Shown: one piece after another, positions 49,564-64,000 of the stretch | How positions within the stretch are numbered: position 1 is the first letter of the stretch | How the letters are laid out: the number at the start of each line of letters is the position of its first letter | Source: Guillardia theta CCMP2712 | Lineage: Eukaryota > Protista > Cryptophyta | Length of the DNA stretch: 64,000 nucleotides | NCBI RefSeq assembly: GCF_000315625.1 | Contig: NW_005434659.1 | Coordinates: forward strand, 885,848 to 949,847 | Direction: 5' to 3' | The notes under the pieces: model-generated | Told to the model about the DNA's origin: nothing | Seen by the model: only the letters and a program-made list of their open reading frames with translations | The model's database searches: none | Program-made: the position numbers and the translations under genes

Positions 49564-50630
49564 ATGGGCGCTACAGGCTCTAAGGACAAGTTGGGAGGGT
49601 CCCCGAGCATGACAGGACTGTCGAGCAATGTGATAGCGGGTGGAATGCCAGGAGGAGACCTTCAGTCTCCGGAACTGAAGTGTGCCGTTCCAATCGCGTT
49701 CAGATGGCACCATGGTGCACAGCGGGAGGTTTATGTCGTGGGTTCGTTCAGCAACTGGCAAACGAAGATTCGTCTGACAAGAGAAGATGATGGGAGCTAT
49801 GGTACAGTGGTGCAGATTGTGCCTGGTATCCATCAGTACAAGTTCATCGTCGACGGAGAATGGCGTTGTGCACAGGTAATAGCTGAATCTTTCTTGCATG
49901 CTGAGGGTTGTGTAGTCGTTGTCATGAAGAAAAATCCTTCAGATCGTTGTGATGGAATTGTTGACAATTTTCCAGGATCAACCAAGATGTTTGGATTCTG
50001 TTGGAAATGAAAATAATTGTATTGAGGTCCGCAACATCTTTGATCTCAGGCTTGGTTCCGGCTGATGAGTACAATACTGAGCAGGTTGAAGAGGCAGAGG
50101 CAGCCGAAGAGGCGCCCATGGACCAAGACCCTACAAGAGAAGAGCCGCCTTCTCCTCGAAACACGTGAGGATCTCGATCTTCCTATCTCGTGGTCAACGC
50201 TGGGTTTTGAATTTGATTGCTCCAGATATTCTTGCCCACCGGTCGATCCAGATGAGTATATCAAGGATCCACCAGCGATGCCGCCGCATTTGCAGGTGCT
50301 GCACGAGAATCATTGAGAAGGTGGTGCTGACTATGAACTTTCAGTTCTCGCTTCTCAATCATCCTCCGATGCCCATGCAAGGATGGTGAGCAAGTGATAT
50401 TTTGTAACCTGTGGCGTGATGAGCTCGTTGAGCAGCATTCTCCCGATGCCTCATCATAGCACTCTGAATCATGCGTTTCTCAACAAGGATCTGCCAGATG
50501 GACTTGTTGCAGTAAGTCTCTCATGTCCTCACGGGCAAAAGAGTGACGATACTTTGTTCATCAGGTTGGGTTGACAAGTCGGTTTAGGGGGAAGTTTGTC
50601 TCGACAGTATACTACACTGCAGGTGGTTGA
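49564..50630 (+). CDS. AMP-activated/SNF1 protein kinase beta subunit
   Basis: Myristoylation start MGATGS. CBM48 FRWHHGAQREVYVVGSFSNWQ...GIHQYKFIVDGEWR...NN. ASC domain KDPPAMPPHL...LPMPHHSTLNH...TSRFRGKFVSTVYY. Confidence 0.92.
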
Positions 50631-52508
50631 CCGTCCTGTTGTCCAGCGGTTTTGACTTGTCTCTGCTCTCGCTCGCAGCGTCGACATGATGCAGCCCAAC
50701 TTGTTGAACTGTCCGGCCGGCCTGACTTCCATTTATTTATTCGCCCACAGCAAGATGTCGTTGAGATCAGTCTCCTGAGAAAGTTGAAGTTTTATGGCTT
50801 CCGGGCGTCTCAAGTATGGCGAGGAAAATCTCGACAGTCATCGTCTCAACATTTTTTTCTGCCTGGAATTCACTGTTTCATACTCAGTCTCATATTTCTA
50901 CTTGTTTTTTTCTTTCTTCAATAATCATAACCAGGGAAAAATAAAGGAATCAAAACTGTGCTTCAAGTCGCTTTTGATGTTGGTTGATACTGATGACAAC
51001 GATGCCGAGGTCATGCTCATCATGTAGTCCTTAGGTAATTACGACAACGATGCCGACGTATACTCAGCATGTAGCCCTTACCTTGCACTTTCTTGGCTGA
51101 ACTGCTTCGATTAGGTCGGGTTAACTGGTGGTCCAAATCTTGCTTTGTCAATGTGCACGCACACGCTGGGTACCATGAATTTCCTCTTGATGAGTGAAAA
51201 GTGATACCAAATGATGGTATTAATTGCTTGAGTGCTCTGATACATCTCTCGAGTGAAAGCTGCAATGAAAACGTGGGTAAACTTCTATCAGACGAGTATC
51301 GCTCCTCTTTGCTCGGCCCCGTCTATCACCTTTTTGAGTAGCACAGACTTGCAAGTATCGACATATCAACCCCGTTTAAAACAAAATGTTCCAATCACAC
51401 GTTAATGCACGATATTTTACCTTGGTGAGATCACGGGTTTATATTTATCAAGATGTGAATCTCTGTCTCTGTCTCTCTGTCTGTCTGTCTGTCTCTGTCT
51501 CTGTCTCTGTCTCTGTCTCTCTCCCCTCCTCCCTTCCCCTTCCTCTCCCTCCCTCCCTCCCTCCCTCCCTCCCTCCCCCTCTCCCTTCCTCTCTCTTCTA
51601 CCGACATTGCCCACAAACTTGACGAACCACCTCCACCCCAACAATGTACCGGTACTACCCCCCTTCATATGCACCTGTCGTTCCCCACTCCCTACACATT
51701 GAATATTGATTTCAAATTTCATTTCTCCTCAAATCACTACCCCCTGTGTCGCGCAGTTGATATGAATGTACCCCCTTATTTATTTCATCTTAGACGGTCC
51801 AGTACCCCCAATTTGCTGACAGTACCCCAGCATTTAAATCAACCTGATGACATCTGAACAAAAGTAGAGCTATCCCCCGTTATTTTCAATGCACCCCTAC
51901 CCCCTAATGAGAACTACCACCCTCCAGCTATCCTTGCAAACTACCCCTGTTGAAAAGGTAGTGCAGACCCCCTACCATGCGGAATTCAGACCCAATACAT
52001 CTTACGGCTGTTCTTTCACTACTGTTTCATGCTGCTCCTCTGTGATTCGTTTGCTGTGGCGAGCACTAAGGAGGAAGAGGAGGAGGAAGAGGGAGAGGAA
52101 GGAGGAGTAAAGGGAGAGGAACAAGGACACATGTCCAGTAGTACAGGAAATGCAAGAACGTTATGAAAACCAAAGGATGTGGAGTGAAGAAATTTCAAAA
52201 GGACAAAGACGTAGTGGGTGAGGAAACACCCATGTTGAAACGAGGACCCAAAATCCTAGGAAAGTACTGATAATAAGAATGTACATGGTGAAAGATGCGA
52301 AATGAGAAAGAATGGGAGAGATCGATTCAGGGCAATGTTCTCACAAAGATGAATAAGACTGATAAGGAGAGCTTCAAACTGCAATGTAGGCTGAATCATC
52401 TAGTCCTCTATTCCTTCCTTCTGAGAGATCCTGATTCTCATCACTTCCTCTCTGCATCTTGCTCATTCTTATGGATCTAACATCGTTCATTGACCAGGGA
52501 ATCGCATC

Positions 52509-56216
<3,708 letters not shown>

Positions 56217-56353
56217 GAGCCCAGCAGGCTCCGAGCAGAACGAGCCGACGAGGTTGTTCAGCTGGGAATTGACAGGGAAGCCTTCACAGCACGAGGGTTT
56301 GACAAGTTTGAGGGTTTTAGCTGGGGTGTGAAAGAATAAACGAGTCAGCTGGA

Positions 56354-58213
56354 CTATGAGAGGTGCTGGGAAAGCCAGAGTTGCTGCTGCTGGGGGAAGG
56401 AGGCGAAGACTTCTCGCATCGGCTCCGCGTACTCCTTGTGCAGGTGACTGATGTAAGACATCATCCCCACCTTAGTCTGCATACAAGTCAGCCTCCTCCT
56501 CCTCCTCCTCCTCCTCCTCCTCCTCCTCTTCCTCTTCCTCCTCCTCTTCCTCCTCGTTCCCTCCTCCTCACCTCCTCCTTCAAGTTCTTCGCGTTCGCCT
56601 CGTCAGACAGCAGCGTCACAAAACCGGCGACGGACTTGCCGAGGAAGGGGTGGAGGACCTCCGGGGAGAGCCTGTAGACGGCGAGGATGCAGGAGGAAAC
56701 AACCTCGTTCTCCGCCGCATCGCCATGCAGCGGCAGATTCTCAACGAGGACACCAANNNNNNNNNNNNNNNNNNNNNNNNNNNNNNNNNNNNNNNNNNNN
56801 NNNNNNNNNNNNNNNNNNNNNNNNNNNNNNNNNNNNNNNNNNNNNNNNNNNNNNNNNNNNNNNNNNNNNNNNNNNNNNNNNNNNNNNNNNNNNNNNNNNN
56901 NNNNNNNNNNNNNNNNNNNNNNNNNNNNNNNNNNNNNNNNNNNNNNNNNNNNNNNNNNNNNNNNNNNNNNNNNNNNNNNNNNNNNNNNNNNNNNNNNNNN
57001 NNNNNNNNNNNNNNNNNNNNNNNNNNNNNNNNNNNNNNNNNNNNNNNNNNNNNNNNNNNNNNNNNNNNNNNNNNNNNNNNNNNNNNNNNNNNNNNNNNNN
57101 NNNNNNNNNNNNNNNNNNNNNNNNNNNNNNNNNNNNNNNNNNNNNNNNNNNNNNNNNNNNNNNNNNNNNNNNNNNNNNNNNNNNNNNNNNNNNNNNNNNN
57201 NNNNNNNNNNNNNNNNNNNNNNNNNNNNNNNNNNNNNNNNNNNNNNNNNNNNNNNNNNNNNNNNNNNNNNNNNNNNNNNNNNNNNNNNNNNNNNNNNNNN
57301 NNNNNNNNNNNNNNNNNNNNNNNNNNNNNNNNNNNNNNNNNNNNNNNNNNNNNNNNNNNNNNNNNNNNNNNNNNNNNNNNNNNNNNNNNNNNNNNNNNNN
57401 NNNNNNNNNNNNNNNNNNNNNNNNNNNNNNNNNNNNNNNNNNNNNNNNNNNNNNNNNNNNACGTCCCGTTCGTTGTCAATGTCTAAGTCTCACCATGTGG
57501 AAAGGTTGTCACCGTCTCAGCCTCTTCCAGTTTTGTAGGTAGCCATAGGATAAGTTTGACAATGCATTGGTGGTCGTCATCCCTCCTCCTCCTCCTCCTC
57601 CTCCTCCTCCTCCTCCTCCTCCTCCTCCTCCTCCTCCTCCTCCTCCTCCTCCTCCTCCTCCTTCTCTCCAACACTCCTCCCCTCCCTCTCCAATCTCGTT
57701 CTCTCCTCTCGCCTTCCTCACCGATGGCCATGAGACGGTCAGAAGCTTGACGAGAAGGTTTCAGGTACTTCTGCAGGCTCGGGTAGATGCCTTCAAAGTA
57801 ACCGCTGCAGACACGTCAGTCTCCTCCTCGTCACCATCCTCTCTCCTCTCTTCTCCTCCTTTCTTTCCTCTTTCCTCTTTCCTCTTTCCTCTTTCCTCTT
57901 TCCTCTTTCCTCTCTTCTTTCCTCTCTCTGCTCTTTACCTGAATTCTTGGCCATAAACGGACGCAACAACTCCAAGAAGATCCGCAACCGCATCAATGAG
58001 AACCTGAAAATTCCTTAGACTTCCTCCTTCTCCTCCTCCTCNNNNNNNNNNNNNNNNNNNNNNNNNNNNNNNNNNNNNNNNNNNNNNNNNNNNNNNNNNN
58101 NNNNNNNNNNNNNNNNNNNNNNNNNNNNNNNNNNNNNNNNNAGGACGAAGAACGAGGACAGAGAGGATTGAGTGTACAAGGACGAGAAAGGATGGAAAAA
58201 TTGGGAAAGAGGA

Positions 58214-58244
<31 letters not shown>

Positions 58245-60186
58245 CCTTCTCATCCAGCCAGGCTGTTCGCACGGCGAGGGCCTTGGGGTCACTCTCGTCC
58301 TCATCGTCACTGTCCGGGGACACGATCCCCCGCAGGCTCGGAGCCCCATCCTCCTCCACCTCCGTCACCCCATCCTCCGACTCGATCGACTCGATCATCT
58401 TGGGGAGCAGCGACGGGAGCAGCGGCAGCATCTCCTCCTGCAGCACCCCAGCAAGGTTCGCAAACGCCCCGTAGGTGTACTCTCTCAGCTCGTTCGAGTC
58501 CAGCTGCAGCCCAGCCATCGCCAGCTGGACGAACATGACGCTGTCCCCCGCAAACTTCTCCTTGCCCACCGTCACCGCCATCACGGCCCCGCACTCGGTC
58601 GCGCGCGCTCGTAGGGACAGCGCATCATCCTCCGTCAGGTGCATCAGCTGCAGGACCTGCTGCATGACGGGCGGGTAGTAGGGCACGAACTTCTCCCCGG
58701 ACGAGCCGGCAGCGCTGGCGATGGCGGAGATGGCAAGCTCGCGGATCTCGAGCGAGTCCCCGTGCAGCAGTTCGAGCATCTTTCTCATCAGCTCCTCGAG
58801 GTACGGCTCCAGCTCCTCCCCGAGGTTCTCGCAGAAGGCGTCGAGGGCGAACATAGCTCCCCTCCTCACGTTGGGCGCCGCCTCCTCCTGCAGCGTTCGG
58901 AAGATGCCTGGCAGAACTTGTTCGTAGTGCTCCATGATCTCAGGCTGACAGAACTCAGCGCACTGCACCAGCGCCCAGCACGCGTGCTCCTTCACTACCT
59001 TCTCCTGATCCCCTAGCCCCTGCAGCAGCCACGGCAGGATGGTATCCAGCTGCTCCACGTAGCTCTCCGAACAGCCCTCTGCGCAGACTCCGAGGATGTA
59101 GAGTGCTCCTCTCCTCTTGAACTTGTCCGGGCTCGACACGTTGGCCATCACATGCGACATGACCTGGGGAACGATGACGCGGGAGGACAGCTGCTGCGAC
59201 AGGACGTCTAGCGCTACCGTCCCGAACTTGAAGACTGGCTCCTCGTCCGCGTCCTCATCCTCCTCCTCCCCTCCCTCGCTCGCCAGCGTGAAGGTCGCCT
59301 GCAAGATCATCGGGATCATATGCTTCTTCTTCAGCAGCTTCGCCTTCTGACCGCACAGCTCCGTCACAAACATCATCGCTTTTTCCCGCACCGCCACCTC
59401 CACCCGATCCTTCGCACAGGACACATCCAGCATGAACTTCACCAGCGTTGCCAGGTGACCCTCCAACAGCTCAAAGTTGCTGTCGATCGTCTCTGTGAGC
59501 ATCTCGACTGCCTGCAGCGCCGTCTCCTCCTCCCCGACCTCGATGCAGTGCTGAGTGACCTGAAGCACCGACGGCACCATCTCTGCTCCCATCGCCTTCT
59601 CTTGCCCGCTCTCCAACCACTGAATGAGGTTCCCTGCCGCTGCCAGTGCCGCCATCCTCACGGGAGCCGCAGCATCGCTCATGCCTCTGAGGAAGATGCG
59701 GACGAGCTGCTGGAAGTGCGGGCGCAGCTGGCTGCCGATGCTGTCGGTCAGGGAGGAGAACACCATGAGCGCGACCTCCCTGTGCTCGCTCTTATCGCTC
59801 TCGCTCGCTTCCAGGAGGAACTGCAGCAGCCCCGTCCACTGCCCTGCAGGGACTGCAAGCTTGGCTATGGAGGACACGAGCTCGGCGATGCTTCGCCTCA
59901 CAAGGTGCTCAGGCTCGTGTGCGAGCATGTGCTCCAGCATGCTCCTGACCCTACCGCGATCCTCGTCTCCCATCATGTCCCAATGGCGGATGCACTTGCG
60001 GCGGGCAAGCACTGCAGCAAGCTGACGAATCTGAGGGGAAGGAGAAGACATGGCGCGATCAATGAGGAGGATCGTGTAGGACGGAGAGGAAGAAACAGCT
60101 TTGAGACGCTGTTCTGCTGCCTTGATCCCATCGTTCTGAGGGAGGAGGAGAGCTCCTAGCAGGGCCTCTGCCTCTGCTGCCTCCAT
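56354..60186 (-). CDS. IPO4: Importin-4 / Kap123-like karyopherin beta (HEAT repeats); 3' part interrupted by gaps
   Basis: IBN-like start (IKAAEQRLK, QIRQLAAVLARR), WTGLLQFL, RRGALYILGVCAEGC, QCAEFCQPEI, ALDAFCENLG, LAISAIASAA, ELREYTYGAF, acidic loop then VRTAWLDEK. Ends ...SQHLS* at 56354. Confidence 0.85.
56757..57460. other. Assembly gap (N run); further gaps at 58042-58141 and 61024-61146
   Basis: Runs of n. Confidence 1.
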
Positions 60187-60316
60187 CGTGAGGAAAGTGA
60201 GGGGATACTGTGAAAGGAAAGAAAGATCAGCAACGAGGACGAGAGGATGGAGAAAGTGCCTGAAGAGGAGGGAGGAGGGAGAAGAAACAAAGGAGAGGGT
60301 TCTCGATTATGCGGAA

Positions 60317-60353
<37 letters not shown>

Positions 60354-60464
60354 TGTAAGAGCTGCAGGAGAAGGAGGAGGAGGAGGACTTTCTGAGGACT
60401 CTAGCAAGGAGCACGTGCGATTGGACCCTCATCCCCCACATGTCCCCCCTCATCCCCCCCACTG

Positions 60465-60580
60465 TCCATGAGCCGTGCCACTGAGCTGGCCACTGAGTCT
60501 CAGTGACAGCAGACCGGGCCGCGGGTTCAGTCACTGAGAATTTCTGCGGGAGGCCCGGCCCCGGGCTGTTGAGCTTCACG
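60465..60580. repeat. Short GC-rich palindromic module (dispersed family)
   Basis: cactgag-t-ctcagtg hairpin, ccgggccgcgg, tcagtcactga, ggcccggccccggg. Confidence 0.5.
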
Positions 60581-60769
60581 TGTTCGAGCCAAGAACGAAA
60601 TTTATCAACAACAAGAAGTGAAGTGTTGCTATGCCACGACAAGTGAGTCGAGCCATGTTGAGAAGAGATCAGACGAGAAGGGAGGGAAGGGAGGAGATGA
60701 GAAGCGAGGAGTGAGGAGAGGGAGAGGGGAGAAAAGAAGCTGAGCTAGTAGCGGAGGGTATCGAAGTTT

Positions 60770-63660
60770 CTACTTCTTGTCCTTGTTAGAATCCACTGGG
60801 TAGACCTTGTCCCACATGTCGGAGCCATCGACCTGAGCGACGTGAGAGGAGAGGAGAGGAGAGGAGAGGTGAGGTGAGGAGAGGAGAGGAGAGGAGAGGC
60901 GAGGCGAGGCGAGGAGAGGAGAGGAGAGGAGAGGAGAGGAGAGGAGAGGAGAGGAGAGGAGAGGAGAGGAGAGGAGAGGAGAGGAGAGGAGAGGAGAGGA
61001 GAGGAGAGGAGGGAGGGAGGGAGNNNNNNNNNNNNNNNNNNNNNNNNNNNNNNNNNNNNNNNNNNNNNNNNNNNNNNNNNNNNNNNNNNNNNNNNNNNNN
61101 NNNNNNNNNNNNNNNNNNNNNNNNNNNNNNNNNNNNNNNNNNNNNNCTTCAAAGGAGGCGTTCAACTACACCCGTTCCTCCTCCTCCTCCTCCTCCTCCT
61201 CCTCCTCCTCCTCCTCCTCTTTCCCCCCTGATCTTCCCTGCTCCCTCCTCTCCCACCATCTCTTCTTCTGCCTTTCGTCCTCCGACAGCCTTCTGAATCA
61301 TTCCTCTTTCTCTTCCTCTTCCTGCTTGCTTCTTTCTTCTGGCACTTCGTCCCTCTCAAATTTCATTCCATCAACTTTCCGCTTTCCCCATTACCTTCCA
61401 ACCTCCTTATCCTCTTTCTCCCTCCTCCTCTCCTCCCTCCTCTCCTCCCTCCTCTCCTCCCTCCTCTCCTCCCTCCTCCCCTCTTGTCCCCCCCCTTTCC
61501 TCTCGTGCTGCCCGCGTTCATCCTCACATTCATATTGTTGTCAACAAGGACGAGGCAGCGAATGTCAAACTTTCTTCCCTTGTACAGCAGCGGCCGCTCA
61601 ATGTACTTCTGCACGATCACCTGCCGTACGCCTTCTGTCAGAGTCTGTGGCAATAGGGAGGGAGGAGGGAGGAGGGAGGAGGGAAGAGGGAGGAGGGAGG
61701 AGGAGGGAAGAAGGAAACGAGGAAGAATATTGAGGGAGGGAAGGACGAGGAAGGAGGGAGCAACGAGGGTTCAGGACAACTGGAAGGAAGGCACAAGAGG
61801 AGCAGGAAGGGGTGGAGGAGGAGGAGGCGGAGGAGGAAGAGATCAGTTACCTGGCTGCCTACTTGCTTCTTCTTCAGGTGGGTGTCGACATCGCTGAAGC
61901 CTCGGAAGACTCGGATTCCATTCCCTCTGTTGTTGTTGGTTGGTTTCACCTAGAGCTCCAACTTCAACTTCCCCCCGTTCACTGCTCTCTCTTCTCTCCA
62001 TTCCCCTCCTCCTCCCTTCCCCTTTTCTCTCCCCCCTCTTCTCTCCTCCTCCTTGAAGTCTCACAATCCAAATGTTTCTTTCGCCTGCTGTGTTGGTGTT
62101 TGAGATGGCATCTCCCCGGGACATCTGAAATTCATCGGTCACCAAATCTCCTCCTCAACTTTCTCCTCTCTCCTCCTCTCTCCTCCTCTCTGCTCTCTCC
62201 TCCTCTCTGCTCTCTCCTCCTCTCTGCTCTCTCCTCCTCTCTGCTCTCTGCTCTCTGCTCTCTCCTCCTCTCTGCTCTCTCCTCCTCTATCCTCTGTCCT
62301 CCCTCCTCATTCACCTTGGAGTGACTCGACTTGCTCGGAGACTTCATGCTTGCCTTCGACCCCGTCTTGGAGGAAGAAGCAGTCCTGGACGCTGACTCGC
62401 TGCCTGGCTCATCGGTACTCGCAGCTAGACAGAAGAAGTGAGGAGGAGTCGGGGGAGTAGCTGTGGCACACAGGGAGAGGAGGAGGGGAAGGAGTGAGAT
62501 GAGGGAAACAAGTGAGAGAAGAGGAGGAGAGTGGGAATGGAGGAGGAGGAGGAGGAGGAGATCTCGTCTGTTCAGACCTGAGAGGCTGTCGGGATGGTTT
62601 TCACCACTCCCAGCCCCATCCTTTCCTGCCTTGTCATCTGCTCGGCATGAAATCACCCAGTTCTCCTCCAGGAGGCGACTCGACTCACTTCCTTTCGAGA
62701 TCTTCGCCGAGCTTTGAGAGGCTCCTTGCCCCTTCAGCTTGCTATCCAGCTGCTTGCACACCTGCGACCCCCGTCACCCGTCTGCTTCCTCGATGCTGCT
62801 ACAACCTTGCAGAACTCGGCATACTCCGGACATGCTTCTCCCACTGATATCACAAACTGCAAACACGTCAGTTGCAAGGTAACAACATCCCTCGACCTCA
62901 CAGTCGGCGGAGCAATCTCATGCACGTTAATTTTCCCTGCGCAACAACACCGTGAGCACGAATCGAGCGGTCAAAGCCTGGACTCACTTCTCACAGTATG
63001 ATTTCAGGTTGAAATACAGCTCGTTCTTCCTCCCGATGCACGTCAGTCCGTCAAGATGGTTCAGGTATTGTTTGTTTCCCATCCTCCTCACCCACTCTGC
63101 GACTGACCGCTGTCGCACCTGCAACACATTCATCATCCTGACCACGTGACTAGCAAGCGCTTGCCTGCAGCCACTTCAAATTGAGCTCAGGGTCGTCCTC
63201 CTTTCCCAGCTCCCACCATGGTCGCCTCTCAAGAGTCTTTCGCACTAGCTCGCTGTTGTTGCCAGGGCCCACAAAGAACGTGAACTTCGACTCCGAGCCG
63301 GGTGAGTTTTCTTGTTTGATGGCTTCTTTCAGCGGGACGTCGTGCACCATGTCGTTGACGACAGGAAGGAAGGCAGGTCCGAGCCCAGGGTTAGCTTCTC
63401 TCGCTCTTGCCTTGTTCCTACCTGCAGAACGGCGAGAGAGTGGTCATGGCATTGGAAACAACTCAAACGCTCCAACGTCTTGTTAATCAAGTCCTTTTCA
63501 TCCTCACTATCTTTTGACTAGAGTCTGACATGTTGTTGATGATGATATTTCTCTGGTTCTTCTCAACACGTCAGACATTCGAAATAATCGCGATGTTCTC
63601 ACTTCCTGATACTGAAATCTCAGTTGTTGACCTTAATGCTTATACTCTTCCTCACCATCG
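60770..63660 (-). CDS. Tubulin-tyrosine ligase-like (TTLL) protein, glycylase/glutamylase family; 5' end uncertain, gap inside
   Basis: FFVGPGNNSELVRKTLERRPWW, LNLKWLQ, YLNHLDGLTCIGRKNELYFNL, NIWIV|KPTNNNRGNGIRVF, VIVQKYIERPLLYKGRKFDIRCLVLV. Confidence 0.88.
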
Positions 63661-63829
63661 CCATCACTAACACCACCACATGGTCACGATTATGTCATTC
63701 TGATCAGTTTGATCATGTTATCACCACCACCACCACCACCATCGTTTTCCCTTCTTCCTGCCAACCCCTGCATTTCGCTTGCACCATCTCTCTATCTTGC
63801 TGGTCAACGGCCGATGTGTAACCGAAAGA

Positions 63830-64000
63830 AACGGTTACTCAGTGACTGGCACTACGGCAGGTGCCCGGCACTGCACCCGGGCCGTAGCACACTGCGGCGG
63901 CACGGACTGTATCCCGGAGTCCGGGCCGGCGACGGCGGCGGATGTTAACTGAATCAGTCTAGCCATTTAGATCGAAACTTGAAGGCTCGAACGGCGAGAG
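63830..64000. repeat. GC-rich palindromic module (dispersed family), truncated by the window end
   Basis: actcagtgact, cccgggccg, ccggagtccgggccggc, aacttgaag words. Confidence 0.5.

Overview
This is a gene-dense, intron-rich eukaryotic nuclear scaffold with three assembly gaps. Many introns are only ~45-55 nt, while others are inflated by GA/CT microsatellites. The gene style and content suggest a cryptophyte alga such as Guillardia theta (inference). I could reconstruct about 20 protein-coding genes by hand. In order: 3' part of a front-end fatty-acid desaturase, GH99 endo-alpha-mannosidase with an apparent frameshift, AP-4 beta adaptin, RNI-like LRR protein, GT64 glycosyltransferase, a signal-peptide/LRGG membrane protein, RPN7, GCP3, PDK/BCKDK-type kinase, ZupT/ZIP transporter, a Mib_herc2-like protein, a type-1 microbial rhodopsin, ENY2/Sus1, a double Zn2Cys6 transcription factor, a MAP2K, a multi-cNMP-binding protein, an intronless orphan ORF, AMPK beta, an acetate kinase-phosphotransacetylase fusion, importin-4 and a TTLL ligase. 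Four things stand out. (1) A 12-exon rhodopsin, invisible in the ORF track, with retinal Lys but an unusual helix C (K82/Q85/S89/N91/L96 in bacteriorhodopsin numbering), a signal peptide, a sequon-rich N-terminal ectodomain and a ~70-aa Cys-paired B-C loop. (2) A mitochondrion-targeted single-polypeptide ACK-PTA acetate/ATP pathway. (3) A dispersed family of GC-rich palindromic non-coding modules with shared words that bracket the ZIP gene and the intronless orphan. (4) Non-canonical splice donors (GC-AG, and a candidate GA-AG). Exon coordinates are manual readings and need RNA-seq confirmation.
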